From positions 28,396,001 to 28,460,000 of the forward strand of contig CM069156.1 of the NCBI GenBank assembly GCA_035221665.1: a stretch of 64,000 nt of DNA, in the 5' to 3' direction. This DNA comes from Okamejei kenojei (taxonomy: Eukaryota). Positions 24,804 through 37,359 of this stretch are shown one piece after another. Both the position numbers and the translations under genes were made by a program. Each line of letters begins with the position of its first letter. The first letter of the stretch is position 1. The notes under the pieces are model-generated. The model ran no database searches, was not told the DNA's origin, and worked only from the letters and a program-made list of their open reading frames with translations.

Positions 24804-26392
24804 TAGATTGATAGATATTTTCTTTTAACTATTTATCTCAATTTTAATACAAAGGTAATACTAGGAAATACCAGCAGGACTTTGCCCTGTCACTGGACTC
24901 TGAATAGAGTCCAGTGGCAAGCAAACTGAAAGATCCTGCTCTCAAATCTGACAATAAATCCCTGACTGGCAGTGTGCTCACAGTCCAGGATTTACTTCAG
25001 TTTAAATTGCAGAACACCAGCAGTTCCATTTGGAACCGTCAGCTGCAGAAATGCAATTCGGCCAAAAAACTAAAACAAACCCTTTATTGCAACAGCAACA
25101 ACAATTCAAAAGTAGGCCGCTGAGGAGGATGGGAGATGTGGATTAATAAAGGAGATTAGGGTATCTAAATTAATGAAGAATCTATAGCAAGTGGATATAA
25201 AGAAAAACTGTTCTTATTGGCACAAAAGATCAAAAACCAAAGCATAAAGAATGAATGTTTCTTACAAAAATAAAATCAAAAGCGATATAAGGAAAAGTCA
25301 TTTTTTGCAGTGAGTGATTACAATCTGAAAAGTATTGCCAATTGGAGCAATGGAGAGAGATTCAATTTGGTGCGCAAAAGAGGATATCAAATTGAAAGAA
25401 AACGTAGAACTATGGGGAGAAGACATGAGAGTGGGATGAGATGAACTGCCCTTACAGAGAACCAGTAGGAGCTTGATAGAATGCATGGCTACTTTTCACA
25501 CTGAAATTATTCCATGATACTATGAAAGGTGCTATACAAATGCATGTATTTCTTTCTCTCATTATCCAATTTTGAGGCTGATTGAGACCAAAGCAGAATG
25601 TAACTTGAATTTTTGTCCATTCCTACTATGTTCATTCAGATTAAATCTCTTTATAAATATACAACATGTTCTTCAAGCAAACACATTACTTACTTTGGAC
25701 TGGAAAGTTAGAAATATCACCCAATACATTGTAATGTTATTGCAAATTAAATGGTCAACCAAAGCTGTCAAACTCTGAGAAAGATTAGATTAAGATTTAT
25801 GGCAAACATCACCACTCCCAGTTAATATAAGTAATTAGGCATTTTTCTGATTGACATGGGTTTAATAGGGTTCATTTTAAAACGAACTGTAAATTAGACT
25901 TGTTTGAATGACTTTCAGCACCTTTCCACGTTACAATAAATTCCATATGTACTGCTTGAATGTTTATACACATTAACAAGTTAATGAGGGGGGTGCTTCA
26001 ACCCAAGTCATTATTATTGCCTTTTTTATTCAAAAATGATGCTGCTGAAACTAATTGCTTAACAGCTGAATTCGGGAAAGAATGGGTTCATTCTCCAGAA
26101 ATGAAACATTTGTATATCTCATACATCAATGGAATGCGCAAATGTATTTTGTGGCCACATATTAAGGCAGTAATATTACACCTTTTTCTGTTGTTTTGTT
26201 AGAAGTAATTTTGTGACTTGGTACGATGACTATCGGAGGTGATTTTAGAAGGAAGGGGCAATGGATAAATCAATCACAGTTAGTAAATCTCAAAAAGATC
26301 TATGGTCACTTAATTTTCATCACAATCCAGGCATAGAGTAGGGATAACACTGGGTATGAATGAAGATTAAAAATAAACCGCATTCCATTAAC

Positions 26393-26444
26393 CATCTGTA
26401 AAGACTACTCTAGCTTCTTCAGGGAATGGCAGTTTAAGTGTGTT
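26393..26444 (-). CDS. Tentative small exon (NTLKLPFPEEARVVFTD)
   Basis: cttcagttttcag acceptor; phase 0 to 1 follows exon 27522-27634, but the gttaat donor is weak. Confidence 0.4.
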
Positions 26445-26862
26445 CTGAAAACTGAAGGGGGGGTAGGTAAACTACACTGTAAATTTTTCAACCAGATATA
26501 ATTACTTGATTTTTTTTCAATAATCCCTCTCTCCCACTTAATTTTTTCCTAATCTATGATTTTAGAAAATAAAATAAAAAGATGTACTACATGTAAATAG
26601 ATTCGTTTTAAACTGAATCTCAAAGCCAGTGTGAACCTTATAGGAAAATGTAAGCCAATTAAGAATATTAATAGTAACAACAACAAACAAATACAAACAT
26701 CTAAATCATGCTTGTTAAATCATTATTTTACTAACTACTGTATACTTAATGATGTATTGCATTGTATTTTAAAATTATCTGTTTGGATAACTGAAGAAGA
26801 AACAAAATAACCACTAACCACTGAGTAACCTTTCCCCAGTCCCAACTAATTGAGCTAGTATG

Positions 26863-26984
26863 TGTAGGAAGGAACTACAGATGCTGGTTTAAACCAAAGA
26901 TAGACACAAAACGTTGGAGTAACTCAGCGGGTCAGCCAGCACCTCTGGAGGAAAGGAATATGTGACATTTCGGGTCGATACCCT
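26863..26984 (-). mobile_element. Penelope-derived short element with a target-site duplication
   Basis: Flanked by taattgagcYagtatg at about 26848-26862 and 26985-27000; carries the cgacccgaaatgtc end of the hammerhead-like core. Confidence 0.75.
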
Positions 26985-27521
26985 TAATTGAGCCAGTATG
27001 TTGTTGAAATACAGCTCCACCTCTCCCTCACAAGGTCGTCACACTGTTGGCCACCATCACATGGCTATCATACGATTAGAGCCACTGCCCACTTCTACAA
27101 AACAAATGCATAATTGGGAACAGCTGCCTAATGCAGCGGGGATAACGTAATGTCAAGATTTCTGCTCATTCCCACCGGGTGAATACACTGTCAGGGTCAC
27201 TTATCTTACCTTGCAAATTGGGAATCATGCAACAATCCCATCCGCTGGTCACCTCTTGAGAACTGACTCTCAGGCATACTGCATAATAAGTTACACCAAA
27301 TTTCGAAAGGTAGAAAGGTATAAGGTATCAGGGAAATAACTACTTTGAACACAATGAAAAGTAAATATTTTATAAATTCCATTGCCTCTGCAAGCTTGAA
27401 CAATTCTGCACTTGTGTTCAAAAATCATAATGTGTGTTAATATACTAATGCACCAGTGAAGGCAGAGATTCACACTTTAAATAATAGCTAAACTTAAATT
27501 ATTGAAAGAAGTTCATATTAC

Positions 27522-27634
27522 ATTTTGCTTTGCCTCGTGTCTTGCCAGTAGCTGTTCCATCTCCATGAAAACCAGTTTGTAGGTGTCATCAATGAAGTTA
27601 ATCATCTCAGATGATACGTCAGAATAATCACCAG
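27522..27634 (-). CDS. Exon of the unnamed TBC-like gene (GDYSDVSSEMINFIDDTYKLVFMEMEQLLARHEAKQN)
   Basis: aaccacag acceptor, gtaata donor; 113 nt, open only in phase 1, which matches the upstream exon end. Confidence 0.85.
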
Positions 27635-28439
27635 CTGTGGTTACAAACAAAATAATGAAGTGATCAGATTTCAAATCTCTCTCTCATTCATGAAAGCTGA
27701 CATATAATTGTAAGAGTGAGTGAATGAGTGAAGAGGAACGCACAAAATCAAAAATGGAGAACAAATTCCTGTTACTGCTGCAACACTTCAAAGGTAGTGG
27801 TATATACAGTATATGGAAAATCATTGTTAGTTTATCAAGCCTACATATACTTTGCTAATTATCATACTGAAAATTATAAGCAGTGCAACAATTCTGAGGA
27901 CATTTTAGGAGCAACAACAAACTATCAAATCAAACAAAGCCATTTATCTTGATCTAAACCTAGATGACCATGTTTCTGAAATGTACATCCAACTGCTCCC
28001 GAACACATTTTCACTTGTGTCCTCAATGTGTTCCCATTTATAATTGGTTTCACCATACTTCCGATAGTTATATTGTCATTTACGTGGGAAAAACAGTTTT
28101 CACTGACAGAATTAGTTTGATAAGAATAACCAGGAGATCCAGGAGCTAATAAACCACAAACATTCTTAGAAACTCCACCAGAACACAAAGAAGGTAAGAA
28201 AAAAAAATGCTATTGGCACCAGAAGGCTGCACTTCAACAGAAAACTTGAGATCTAAAGAACTGGTCGTGGATGGAAAAGGTACAGAAGATCAGGCGACTC
28301 ATGGAAACTAAAATGTGCAAATTGCTCAACGGTGCCAAGGACATCTCCAGCCCAAACACAATGAGCCAACTATTCTCAACTATGATTCTCTCCTTGAGTG
28401 CACTTGACCCTACATCATAGCAAACCAACTTGTCTGCCT

Positions 28440-28659
28440 AAGATAGACACAAAATGCTGGAGCATCTCAGCGGGTCAGGCAACATCTCTGGAGAGAAGGA
28501 ATGAGTGACGTTTCGGGTCGAGACCCTTCTTCAGACTGATGTCAGGGGAGAAGGAGATACATACTTAAGGAAGTGTAAGGTGTGACAGCAAGACAAAGGG
28601 AATCGGGATCAAGGAAAATGTTCCTTCCTATAAACCAGCATCTGCAGTTCCTTCCTACA
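28440..28659. mobile_element. Penelope-derived short element with an inverted 5' part and a 14-bp TSD
   Basis: caacttgtctgcct at 28426-28439 and 28660-28673; intact hammerhead-like core on the minus strand at 28507-28534. Confidence 0.8.
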
Positions 28660-28779
28660 CAACTTGTCTGCCTCATTGTTGCCCAGATAAGAAAATAAAC
28701 GGCCGTATGCCAAACAAAAACAAGGCCTGTGAAACAGGCTACATTACTGCTGAAGTTTCAAAACTGTTGAGGGAAACTT

Positions 28780-29230
28780 CAGTCACAAATTCACAACCTC
28801 AATTCCTGATGTCTTCATTCTCCCAGTAAAGATTTTTTTCCTCATTGCAGTCCCAAATGACTTATCCCAATCCTGAGACTGAGGTCCTTCATATAAGACC
28901 TTAACTGTTGGAGGAATCAGCCTTCTTGCATTCAGGCTGCTGAATCCCGTCAGAAATGTGTACATTTCCATTCTATCTCCTCTCATTCTTCTAAACACTG
29001 CTGAATATGCCTAATTGATCAAATGTCTCCTCGTATCCTGCAATCTCAAGAATTATTGTCAAGTATATTTTCTTAGATAAGGAGCCAAAGTTGCACACAA
29101 TATTCCAGGTCTGGTGTCACCAAAACTCTGAACAATTGTACTAAAACATCCTTGTGCCTGTATTCAAAGCCTCTTGCACTATCCAACATATAATTTGCCT
29201 TCTGGTTGGCTGCACCAGCATGTTTACTAT
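28780..29230 (-). mobile_element. Old CR1 LINE 3' fragment
   Basis: FRRMRGDRMEMY.FL.G translation of the CR1 ORF2 C-terminus. Confidence 0.75.
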
Positions 29231-29867
29231 CAGATACTTTTTAAAGCAGAAAAATAATTAATAAATTAAAAACTATTTTAAAACATTTAAAAATGTAAAA
29301 AAGCGAATGTATCTAAAACATTAAATTGTTGTTAATTAATTATAAATATACACTGAAGTACATGAAAAATAACCCGTAAATGTACTTATGCTGTTAAATG
29401 AAGGTTGCTAACCACATTCAAATGAATGGACCCGTGTTGGAGGCACAGGCAGACACTTTGTATTTGGCCACTTGGCTCAGCAGCAAAGTGCTCCAGACTT
29501 GGTTCTTCTTGGTTCTTGGTCCTCCAAAATATTCCAACTGGAATTTAAACTGGAGGTGGTAAAGGGAGGGGTTAAGTCAGAGAGGGTTATTGGGAAGAAA
29601 GAATTGTCTGCGAGCATCCAGCGCCATGACTGCCCGGCTGCCCGCCCGCCCGACTTAATGGGGGGCCTAGAGATGGAGGCATCTCACCTCCAACATAATT
29701 CGGACATTTATTCTGCAGTGTCCAGGCACATGTCCAGAATGCACTGATGCATACACTGCAGCTAACCAACCATTCCCAATGGAACTAGCTCACTCAGCAC
29801 AATGAATTGCAGAATTATCAAAACCTATCCCATAATGGGTGCCCCCAATCACAGTTGCAGACATCTA

Positions 29868-30228
29868 GGTTTAGGTTTAGGTTTATTATTGTCACCTGTA
29901 CCGAGGTACAGTGAAAAGCTTTCTTTCGCATGCTATGCAATCAAGTCAGGTAATGCTATACATAAATACAACAAGCCAAACTTAAGTCGCACAGTTAGAG
30001 CAAAGGGAAAGATACAGAGTGCAGAATATAGTTCTCAACATTCAGCACACCAGTTCCAGAGACAAAGACCAATGTCCGCAATGAGGTTAAGGTGAATCGG
30101 ACAATACCCCAGCTTATGGAAGGACTGTTCAGAAGCCTGATAACTAAGGGAAGAAGCTGCTCCTGCCTCTGGTGGTGCTCGCTTTCAAGCTTCGGTATCT
30201 TCTGCCCGACAGGAACTGAGAGAAGATT
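29868..30228 (-). mobile_element. Rex1/L2-type LINE 3' end with a (TAAACC)n tail
   Basis: (ggttta)3 followed by ttattattgtcac...; same architecture as other microsatellite-tailed LINE ends in the window. Confidence 0.55.
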
Positions 30229-30307
30229 TTATAATCTAGTTTTATGAAACAGTATTAAGAGAGTCAAGAGGGTTTAATTGTCACATGCAGCAAAACTGAA
30301 ATTCTTA

Positions 30308-30980
30308 TGGGCCTGTCCCACTTGTGCGACTTTTTAGGCGACCGCAGGAGACTATGCAGTCATGGTCGTGAGGAGTTCCCGCATTCTGGGAGCTAGTCGC
30401 GGCCTCATTACGGTCACCGTGAATTTTTCAACATGTTGAAAAATTAGCGGCGACTAGAATGAAGCTGCCATGGAGAGTAGGGAGAATTCTCGAGCCGTAG
30501 GTGGGTCGCCAGAAGGTCCTAATTGGTTGCCAGGAGGTCGAAAGTTCTTGGAGGTTCTCGTAGGTTGTAGCCAGTGCTGACCGGTGAATTTCTTTGGCTC
30601 ATTGGGAAAAAAAAGGTAAGCAGTAGTTTTCAGAACCAAGGATAACCGACCGGTAATGTTAAATGTCCGCTGAGCTTCACAGCGTATCTCTGGCTTCTTA
30701 AAAATTGTCTCCACTCATTCTCCCTACTTCTACCCCCTTCATCCCCCCTCTCCTCCCCTCTTTTAAAGGCGGTGTGTGTTTGTTTCACCTTGGCTTTGCA
30801 CCCTTTTTTAGACAGCTCCCCCCGCTTGCCATGTCCCCTGCATAATGGGCTGGTGTAGGAAGCGATCTGTTTGTGTGTGTGTGTTCCACTCTGACCATCG
30901 CAGTTCCAGTTGACGGTTTTTCAGGCAACTGCCGGCAAATCGGTAGTCCGCTGAAAAATCGCCTAAGTGGGACAGACCCA
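30308..30980. mobile_element. PIF/Harbinger-type MITE
   Basis: TIRs TGGGCCTGTCCCACTT / AAGTGGGACAGACCCA (1 mismatch); TTA TSD at 30305-30307 and 30981-30983; inserted in a LINE 3' remnant (about 30256-31320). Confidence 0.88.
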
Positions 30981-31486
30981 TTACTTGCAGCAGCACAACA
31001 GGTTTGTATACACAGGACTCAATAGATAACATAATAAACAAACAAAAACGTTTGATAATTTTTTTTTTTAAGTGCAAAACAAAACAAAGCTCAAAGGGTC
31101 CCTCATGCAACCAATACGGTTCGTAGTTCATAGTGTTCAATAGCCTGGCAGTTGTTGGGAAGAAACTGTTCCTGAACCTGGACAACACTGTTTTCAGACT
31201 CCAAACCTTCTTCGTGATGGTTGGAGTGAAATGAAATTGTGGCCAGGGTGGTGTGGGTCCTTGATGATGAGCATTAAGTGTAGTTGGAGTCAATAGTGGA
31301 GAATCTGGTCTGTGTGATGGACAGGCTACATATTATGTTTCAAATCCCTATTCTGTTTTTTTTAAATCCCCTAATTTCCCCTCTCATTCTTTAACAAATA
31401 CATTACATCTAAAAAATAATCTCCCTTCTAAGAATGAAACGCATCTTCCTGTTCACACATGGCATGGGTACAAGGTTGACAGTCTG

Positions 31487-34400
31487 AAAATAGTAAGATT
31501 AAACGAGAACTTACCAGTTCGAAGTTTGATCGTTATTTTATGAGGAGTAACGATGAGGGATTACGTGAAGAAGCCCCGCCTGGCGCTGGAACGGCATACT
31601 TCAAAGCAGCGGCATGAAAAACACAGAACATAATAGCCGGAGTAAGATAGTAAGGCTCAACATAGATTTAGAACTACCAGATGATCATTTATTTTATGAG
31701 GGTCGGGAGTGGAGGGCACGTAATCCCTCATCGTTACTCCTCATAAAATAACGATCAAACTTCGAACTGGTAAGTTCTCGTTTAATCTTACTATTTTACT
31801 TCGGAGTCACGTGAGTGACTACGTGAAGATTTTGAAGCTTTCTGTGTTTTTCATGTCGTAGACTCCTTCCATACGACACTCTGGCTCACACAACACAGTA
31901 ATGAGCAAAATAACACATTTTTTCCCCCAAACATTGCCTCAAGTTATGTGATAAATTATTTCACATTATAAAAGAATAAAAGTAATGCCCTTTCTATTGA
32001 AAGGCAAGTTTATCACAAAATATCAATTGATATATATAATTTGATGGTATGAACAAAGCAACAATTATAGAGAACCCAACACTCCATGTCCAATCGTGAC
32101 ACAATGACTGATTTCATTTCATTTAATATTTATTTTACACCCTCCTGTGGCCTTGCATCTTTGCTCGAACGACACATCCTGTGCCATTCCTGTGAATGTA
32201 TCTACCTCCTTAACAGAGTAATTTTCCACATTTCAGTATCTAGTTCCACTGAGTGTTATTCAATGTTTAACCATCTAGAATACATTTCTCTAGAACCATC
32301 AGTTTTACTGAACGTAATGTGGTTTTTTGTGTGTAATAAAATAGTGTGTCTCATTACCACAGAGACTCTTAGTTACTTTAACATATTTCATCAATGTTCA
32401 CACACACAATTTAAGGCCAACAGGATATGCTTATAGGTTTACCTTGGTTCCAGCTCTTCTTGGTCTGCTTTGTTTGGTAAATTCATAAACATATATGATA
32501 ATGTAATCTGTATCCACATATAATTATAACGTAATATTTACAATATTTGCACTCTTATCTTGATACTAAAGTCATCAGTATTATTACTTTCAATGTTAAC
32601 TTTTTTGAATCATTGATAGAACTGGAGTCCATTGCCTAAGGCAATTCAGGACTATATTGATCTCCAGACTTATGTATTGCAATTTTGGACAGATTATATA
32701 TACACATATACATATATATACTTTTATTTATATCTACATATATATCCCTTTTCATATCGGGATTTTACTAATGAACCTGATAACTTCTTGGTTAGTATAT
32801 TGTCCGTAATTAGGACGAAAACACTCTGAGCCCTATTATTGGCTCTATCAATTAGATACTCAGAAAAAATGCAATCCACAAGAACTCACATATATCTAAT
32901 ATGACAAATAATTTTACTGTATACACAGACTTCCAATTTCTTATAAAATATTGTTGTTTTTTTTTTTTTTTTTTTTCCCTCTGCAAATTGCAGGTATAAC
33001 ACTTCTTTATACATAATTATTTTATTGTTATGTTGTTATATTAGTTAAACATTCATAGACTTCTTTGACCATTAAACTATTGTAATGGTCTGATCAACCT
33101 GCAGATGGTCAATTTATATTTTCATATTATGGATGCCTTTGTACAACAATAAATTACTGCAACTATGAATCATCACAAGTGGTTCAACATCACTCAATAT
33201 TTATGAAAACCATGAAGGATCCGTTTTAGACCACCAAAATGCGTCTGACAGTGTTTTGCTATATTTTCATCAGACAAAAATGAGGAACATAAAAACCCAT
33301 TTTTCCTCATGTAATTGAGAGAAAAGCATCCACCTTTCCGGTTCTTGGTTTACCCACGAGAATATTTGAAAATTTGGTTATTTAATCTGTATACAACCAG
33401 ATTAATTGCAAGTAATCCATATTAATGACAATGTATTTTCCTCCCTTAATGTGTAGTCTGTGATAACATTGTCTCTTTCTTAGAGATAAACAGCTGGACT
33501 AAACATTTTAGAATATGCCACATCTGTTTACTCAGATAATCACATGATTATTATTTTACTTATCTTATGTGATTTAATATACGCCACATCCGTGGTATTG
33601 TACACCTTGTTATGACCTGGACACTTCCATAATAGAACAATCGATATTTTAATCCATAATTCTATTATAACTCAATAATTAATACAAATGTTTGGAGAAT
33701 TTCTTAGGACAATTCATTTGCATTTACCTGGTATTATTGTCCGTAGTCCCAACAAAGAGACGTATCAATTATCTTTATAAGAATAGATAATATTTTTATC
33801 TTACCCAAATATTCACAGAAACTGTCCATCATCTGTTAATACTTGCTTCAGCTTGCAACAGCTGCTAAGCTTATAGTTGAAGCAACTTGTGAACCCCTTC
33901 TTTTTTTTTTTTTAATCCATTAATTTAATAATGATAATGTATAATTTGGTATTTGTATAAGCCTCTCACAAAGGCATACATATTCTTATAATCTTCTGTA
34001 TTTCTTCTTTTGGAGCTTTATTACTCTTACCTAGGCTCCTTTTCTAATGGAGGGACAAAGTATGTCAACAAAACCATAAGACATATTTGTATCATGGAAC
34101 AATTTTCCCCCTCTTATGGTGCTGAATTACTCCTAAATAGTAATTTATGAATATTTATGAATGCCTAAAACATAGGCTTTATGTGATGGGTCAAGTCTTT
34201 GCCTTTCAATAGACTTGTAATTGCAGCACTAATTTGCAGCTGAATCTAATTTAAATGTGATCAAGATAACCATGACCGTCCTCATTAGTGCAAGTGCTGA
34301 TCTTATCAATGCAATTGTTCTTCCAGTATTCTGTTTAACAGCCTTAAACTGGATTTAATCCTTTAGACAATGTTTTAACTTGCACTGCTTGACCCATTTT

Positions 34401-36054
34401 AATTAATTTCAAGCACCTGTAATATTTGATTAACACTTTGTTAATAACAACTGTATTTCAATGTTGAAGATGTTCCATTTTAATAAAATGTTCTTACACT
34501 GTGAAAGTGTATATAAAACGATATTTTGTATGGTTTATACCATCACATCTGTACACTGAGGTAATTTATAATATATAACATATAACCATATAACAATTAC
34601 AGCACGGAAACAGGCCCTCTCGGCCCTTCCAGTCCGTGCCGACCATTTGTTTTCCCCTAGTCCCATCTACCTGCACTCAGACCATACCCCTCCATTCCCT
34701 TCACGTCCATATACCTATCCACTTTACTCTTAAATGTTAAAATCGATCCTGCCTCCACCACTTCTGCTGGAAGCTCATTCCACACAGCCACCACCCTCTG
34801 AGTAAAGAAGTTCCCCCTCACGTTACCCCGAAACCTCTGTCCCTTAATTCTCATGTCATGCCCTCTTGTTTGAATCTTCCCTACCCTCAATGGGAAAAAA
34901 CGTATCCACGTCAACTCTGTCTATCCCTTTCATCATTTTAAAGACCTCAATCAAGTCCCCCCTTAACCTTCTGCGCTCCAAAGAATAAAGACCTAACTTA
35001 TTCAACCTTTCTCTGTAACATAGTTGCTGGAACCCTGGCAACATTCTAGTAAATCTCCTCTGTACTCTCTCTATTTTGTTGACATCCTTCCTATAACTAG
35101 GCAACCAAAATTGTACACCATACTCCAGAATTGGTCTTACCAATGCCTTGTACAATTTTAACATTACTTCCCTACTCCTATATTCAATGCAATGCTCAAT
35201 ATATATAATATATATATGTATGTACCCCTTGTTTATTGGAGTTACTTTTGGGTGCAAACCTAAAATCAAATTTTTACGTTTTCTTATACAGGTGAACCAA
35301 TCCTTTCTAATTTTTTGTAGTCTTTAGTTATTTTAAATTAATGATCATAATACAACTGTAATCCCCCACAATCGGAGATTTCATGAATTTATTTTGTAAC
35401 AGTTGTTTGCACCTCTTCCACGTACTTCAGGCCTTCTTTTCCCAATTATATGGGTTCGGATAAGGCTATGTTTGATTATGTTTATTTATCATACTTCTGC
35501 CTTAGTTTTGATCCATTATCACATCTTTATATTGGATCATAATTTTTCCCCCCCCAAAGTTTAAAGACCAATAGTCTGTTATTTTGTAATCAATACTTTG
35601 AATAATCATAAGGCAGGTTTTATTCCATAATAATCAGGATTTTAACATAACCTGATTTGATCTGCAAATCTGGAGTGCAGATTTGGTCCCTAAATATTAT
35701 ATATTTCTTCCCAATCAGCTCCACAAACTGATGGCAATTAATTTTCTTTTAAATGTATTGGTTATTTTGCACAATATTTTATTTGTTTTCCATTGAATGG
35801 AAATGCCATGCACCAGTTTGAAATACTTTTAAAATCGTATTTCCTTATATCTCATCTAATTGAGACATGGATATCATAACCGGATTCACCGTTGATATCT
35901 TTATAACTTAAAAGTTTGATCATATTCTGCTGTTTCACTATAACAGCTTTGGTGAGGCCAAAATTTTTTTTTTTTTTTTTTCACTATAACAGCTTTGGTT
36001 ATTTATTTTTCATGGTCTCACTCATACATTCAGGTATCAAACCTAGTACACTTA

Positions 36055-36085
<31 letters not shown>

Positions 36086-37037
36086 TAATTTTGTGCTGAA
36101 GTGTACTTAAAATAAAACATAAAAAGTTTTATTATTATTCTGCTGTTTTAATCATAACAGTAGTGAGAGACCAATTAATTTTTGTTTTCCATGGTTATTT
36201 TCATGGCAGGTGTTGTACTACACTGTATATATATATACACAGTCACACACACACACACAATATATATATATATATTTCTTTTTTACTGGTGCTGTGGTGG
36301 GTACTTCATGACCAGCCACCACTATCAGTGCATTTTTAGGGTCAGTTTTCCATTTTATTTTTACTGCCCTTATTACTCCTGAGTTTTTCCTCAATGAGAC
36401 TACCTTCAAATCTCTGAGGTAGATATTCCCACCATAATTCATCATATATATTAATATATGAAACCCGTTTAGGGTAGGTTAGGGAATGTTTTTGGGCCTT
36501 TTAACCCTTTTTGGCTTGAATTCTTTATTTACTTTATTTTTGGAATCTTTTTTTTTTTTTTTTTTCCATTATTTTTTCAAGCCATAACCTTTTTTAGTCT
36601 GAAGGCCTTTTATTGATTTTTTTTAAATTATGGCCTTTCTGACTTTATAAAATATCCCCCCCCCCCCCCCGTGCCAAAAGTTTGTGGAGCGACTAAAAAT
36701 CTTTCTAACGTAATTTTGACGGCCACCGGTATCGGAACCGGCTCCGTAATCTCCCGTTCCGATCGCTCCCCTTAGGACGTTCTTTTTTAAAACTCCGTTG
36801 TTTTTCAACTTATTTTTTACTTTTAAATTAGTTTTAAATTCTGGTATTCAGTACCAGCCACGGAGTTTTTTAGACCCTGACAGTGTTTTTCCCCCTGCAC
36901 TTACCTGCGGGCCCGTACCTACCACTGTCGAGGAGCTGCCTCTGCAGCTCTTGCTCTGCCGTCAGCGTCGACGTAATGCCGTTCCAGCGCCAGGCGGGGC
37001 TTCTTCACGTAGTCACTCACGTGACTCCGAAGTAAAA
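31487..37037 (-). mobile_element. End-to-end DIRS element with perfect ITR/ICR and a decayed non-coding interior
   Basis: ITR 31562-31597 versus 36976-37011; ICR 31717-31829 is complementary to both termini; AAAA at both junctions; residual similarity to the YR and MT regions of the DIRS at 149-3225. Confidence 0.9.
34572..35190 (-). mobile_element. CR1 LINE 3' fragment nested in the DIRS element
   Basis: IEYRSREVMLKLYKALVRPILEYGVQFW...FFTQRVVAVWNELP; (GTTATATG)n-like tail; TA-rich flanks. Confidence 0.9.
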
Positions 37038-37244
37038 TCTTATTTCATATGGATATGCAGAGAATGCAGGATATGGATAATGTGCAAGCGGATGAGATGG
37101 TTTTATCTTGGCATCATGTTTGGCATTACATTGTAGGACTAAGGGGCTGTTCTGTTCTATATTATATAAACAGAATCAACTCCAATAATGACTAAAATAC
37201 TATTGTAGGATACTTATGTATATTGTAGGATGCCAAAATCTTAC

Positions 37245-37359
37245 CTAGCCTCCTTTGGCAGCCACACTTTTCAGCTGTCTTCAGCACAATTTCATGTAAC
37301 CACACTCTTGTATCCTGAACTAAGCCCTCATGGTGATCAATGTCCATATTGGGTGACTG
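37245..37359 (-). CDS. Exon of the unnamed TBC-like gene (QSPNMDIDHHEGLVQDTRVWLHEIVLKTAEKCGCQRRL)
   Basis: Pyrimidine tract plus tag/cag tandem acceptor, gtaaga donor; 115 nt, phase 0 to 1. Confidence 0.85.
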
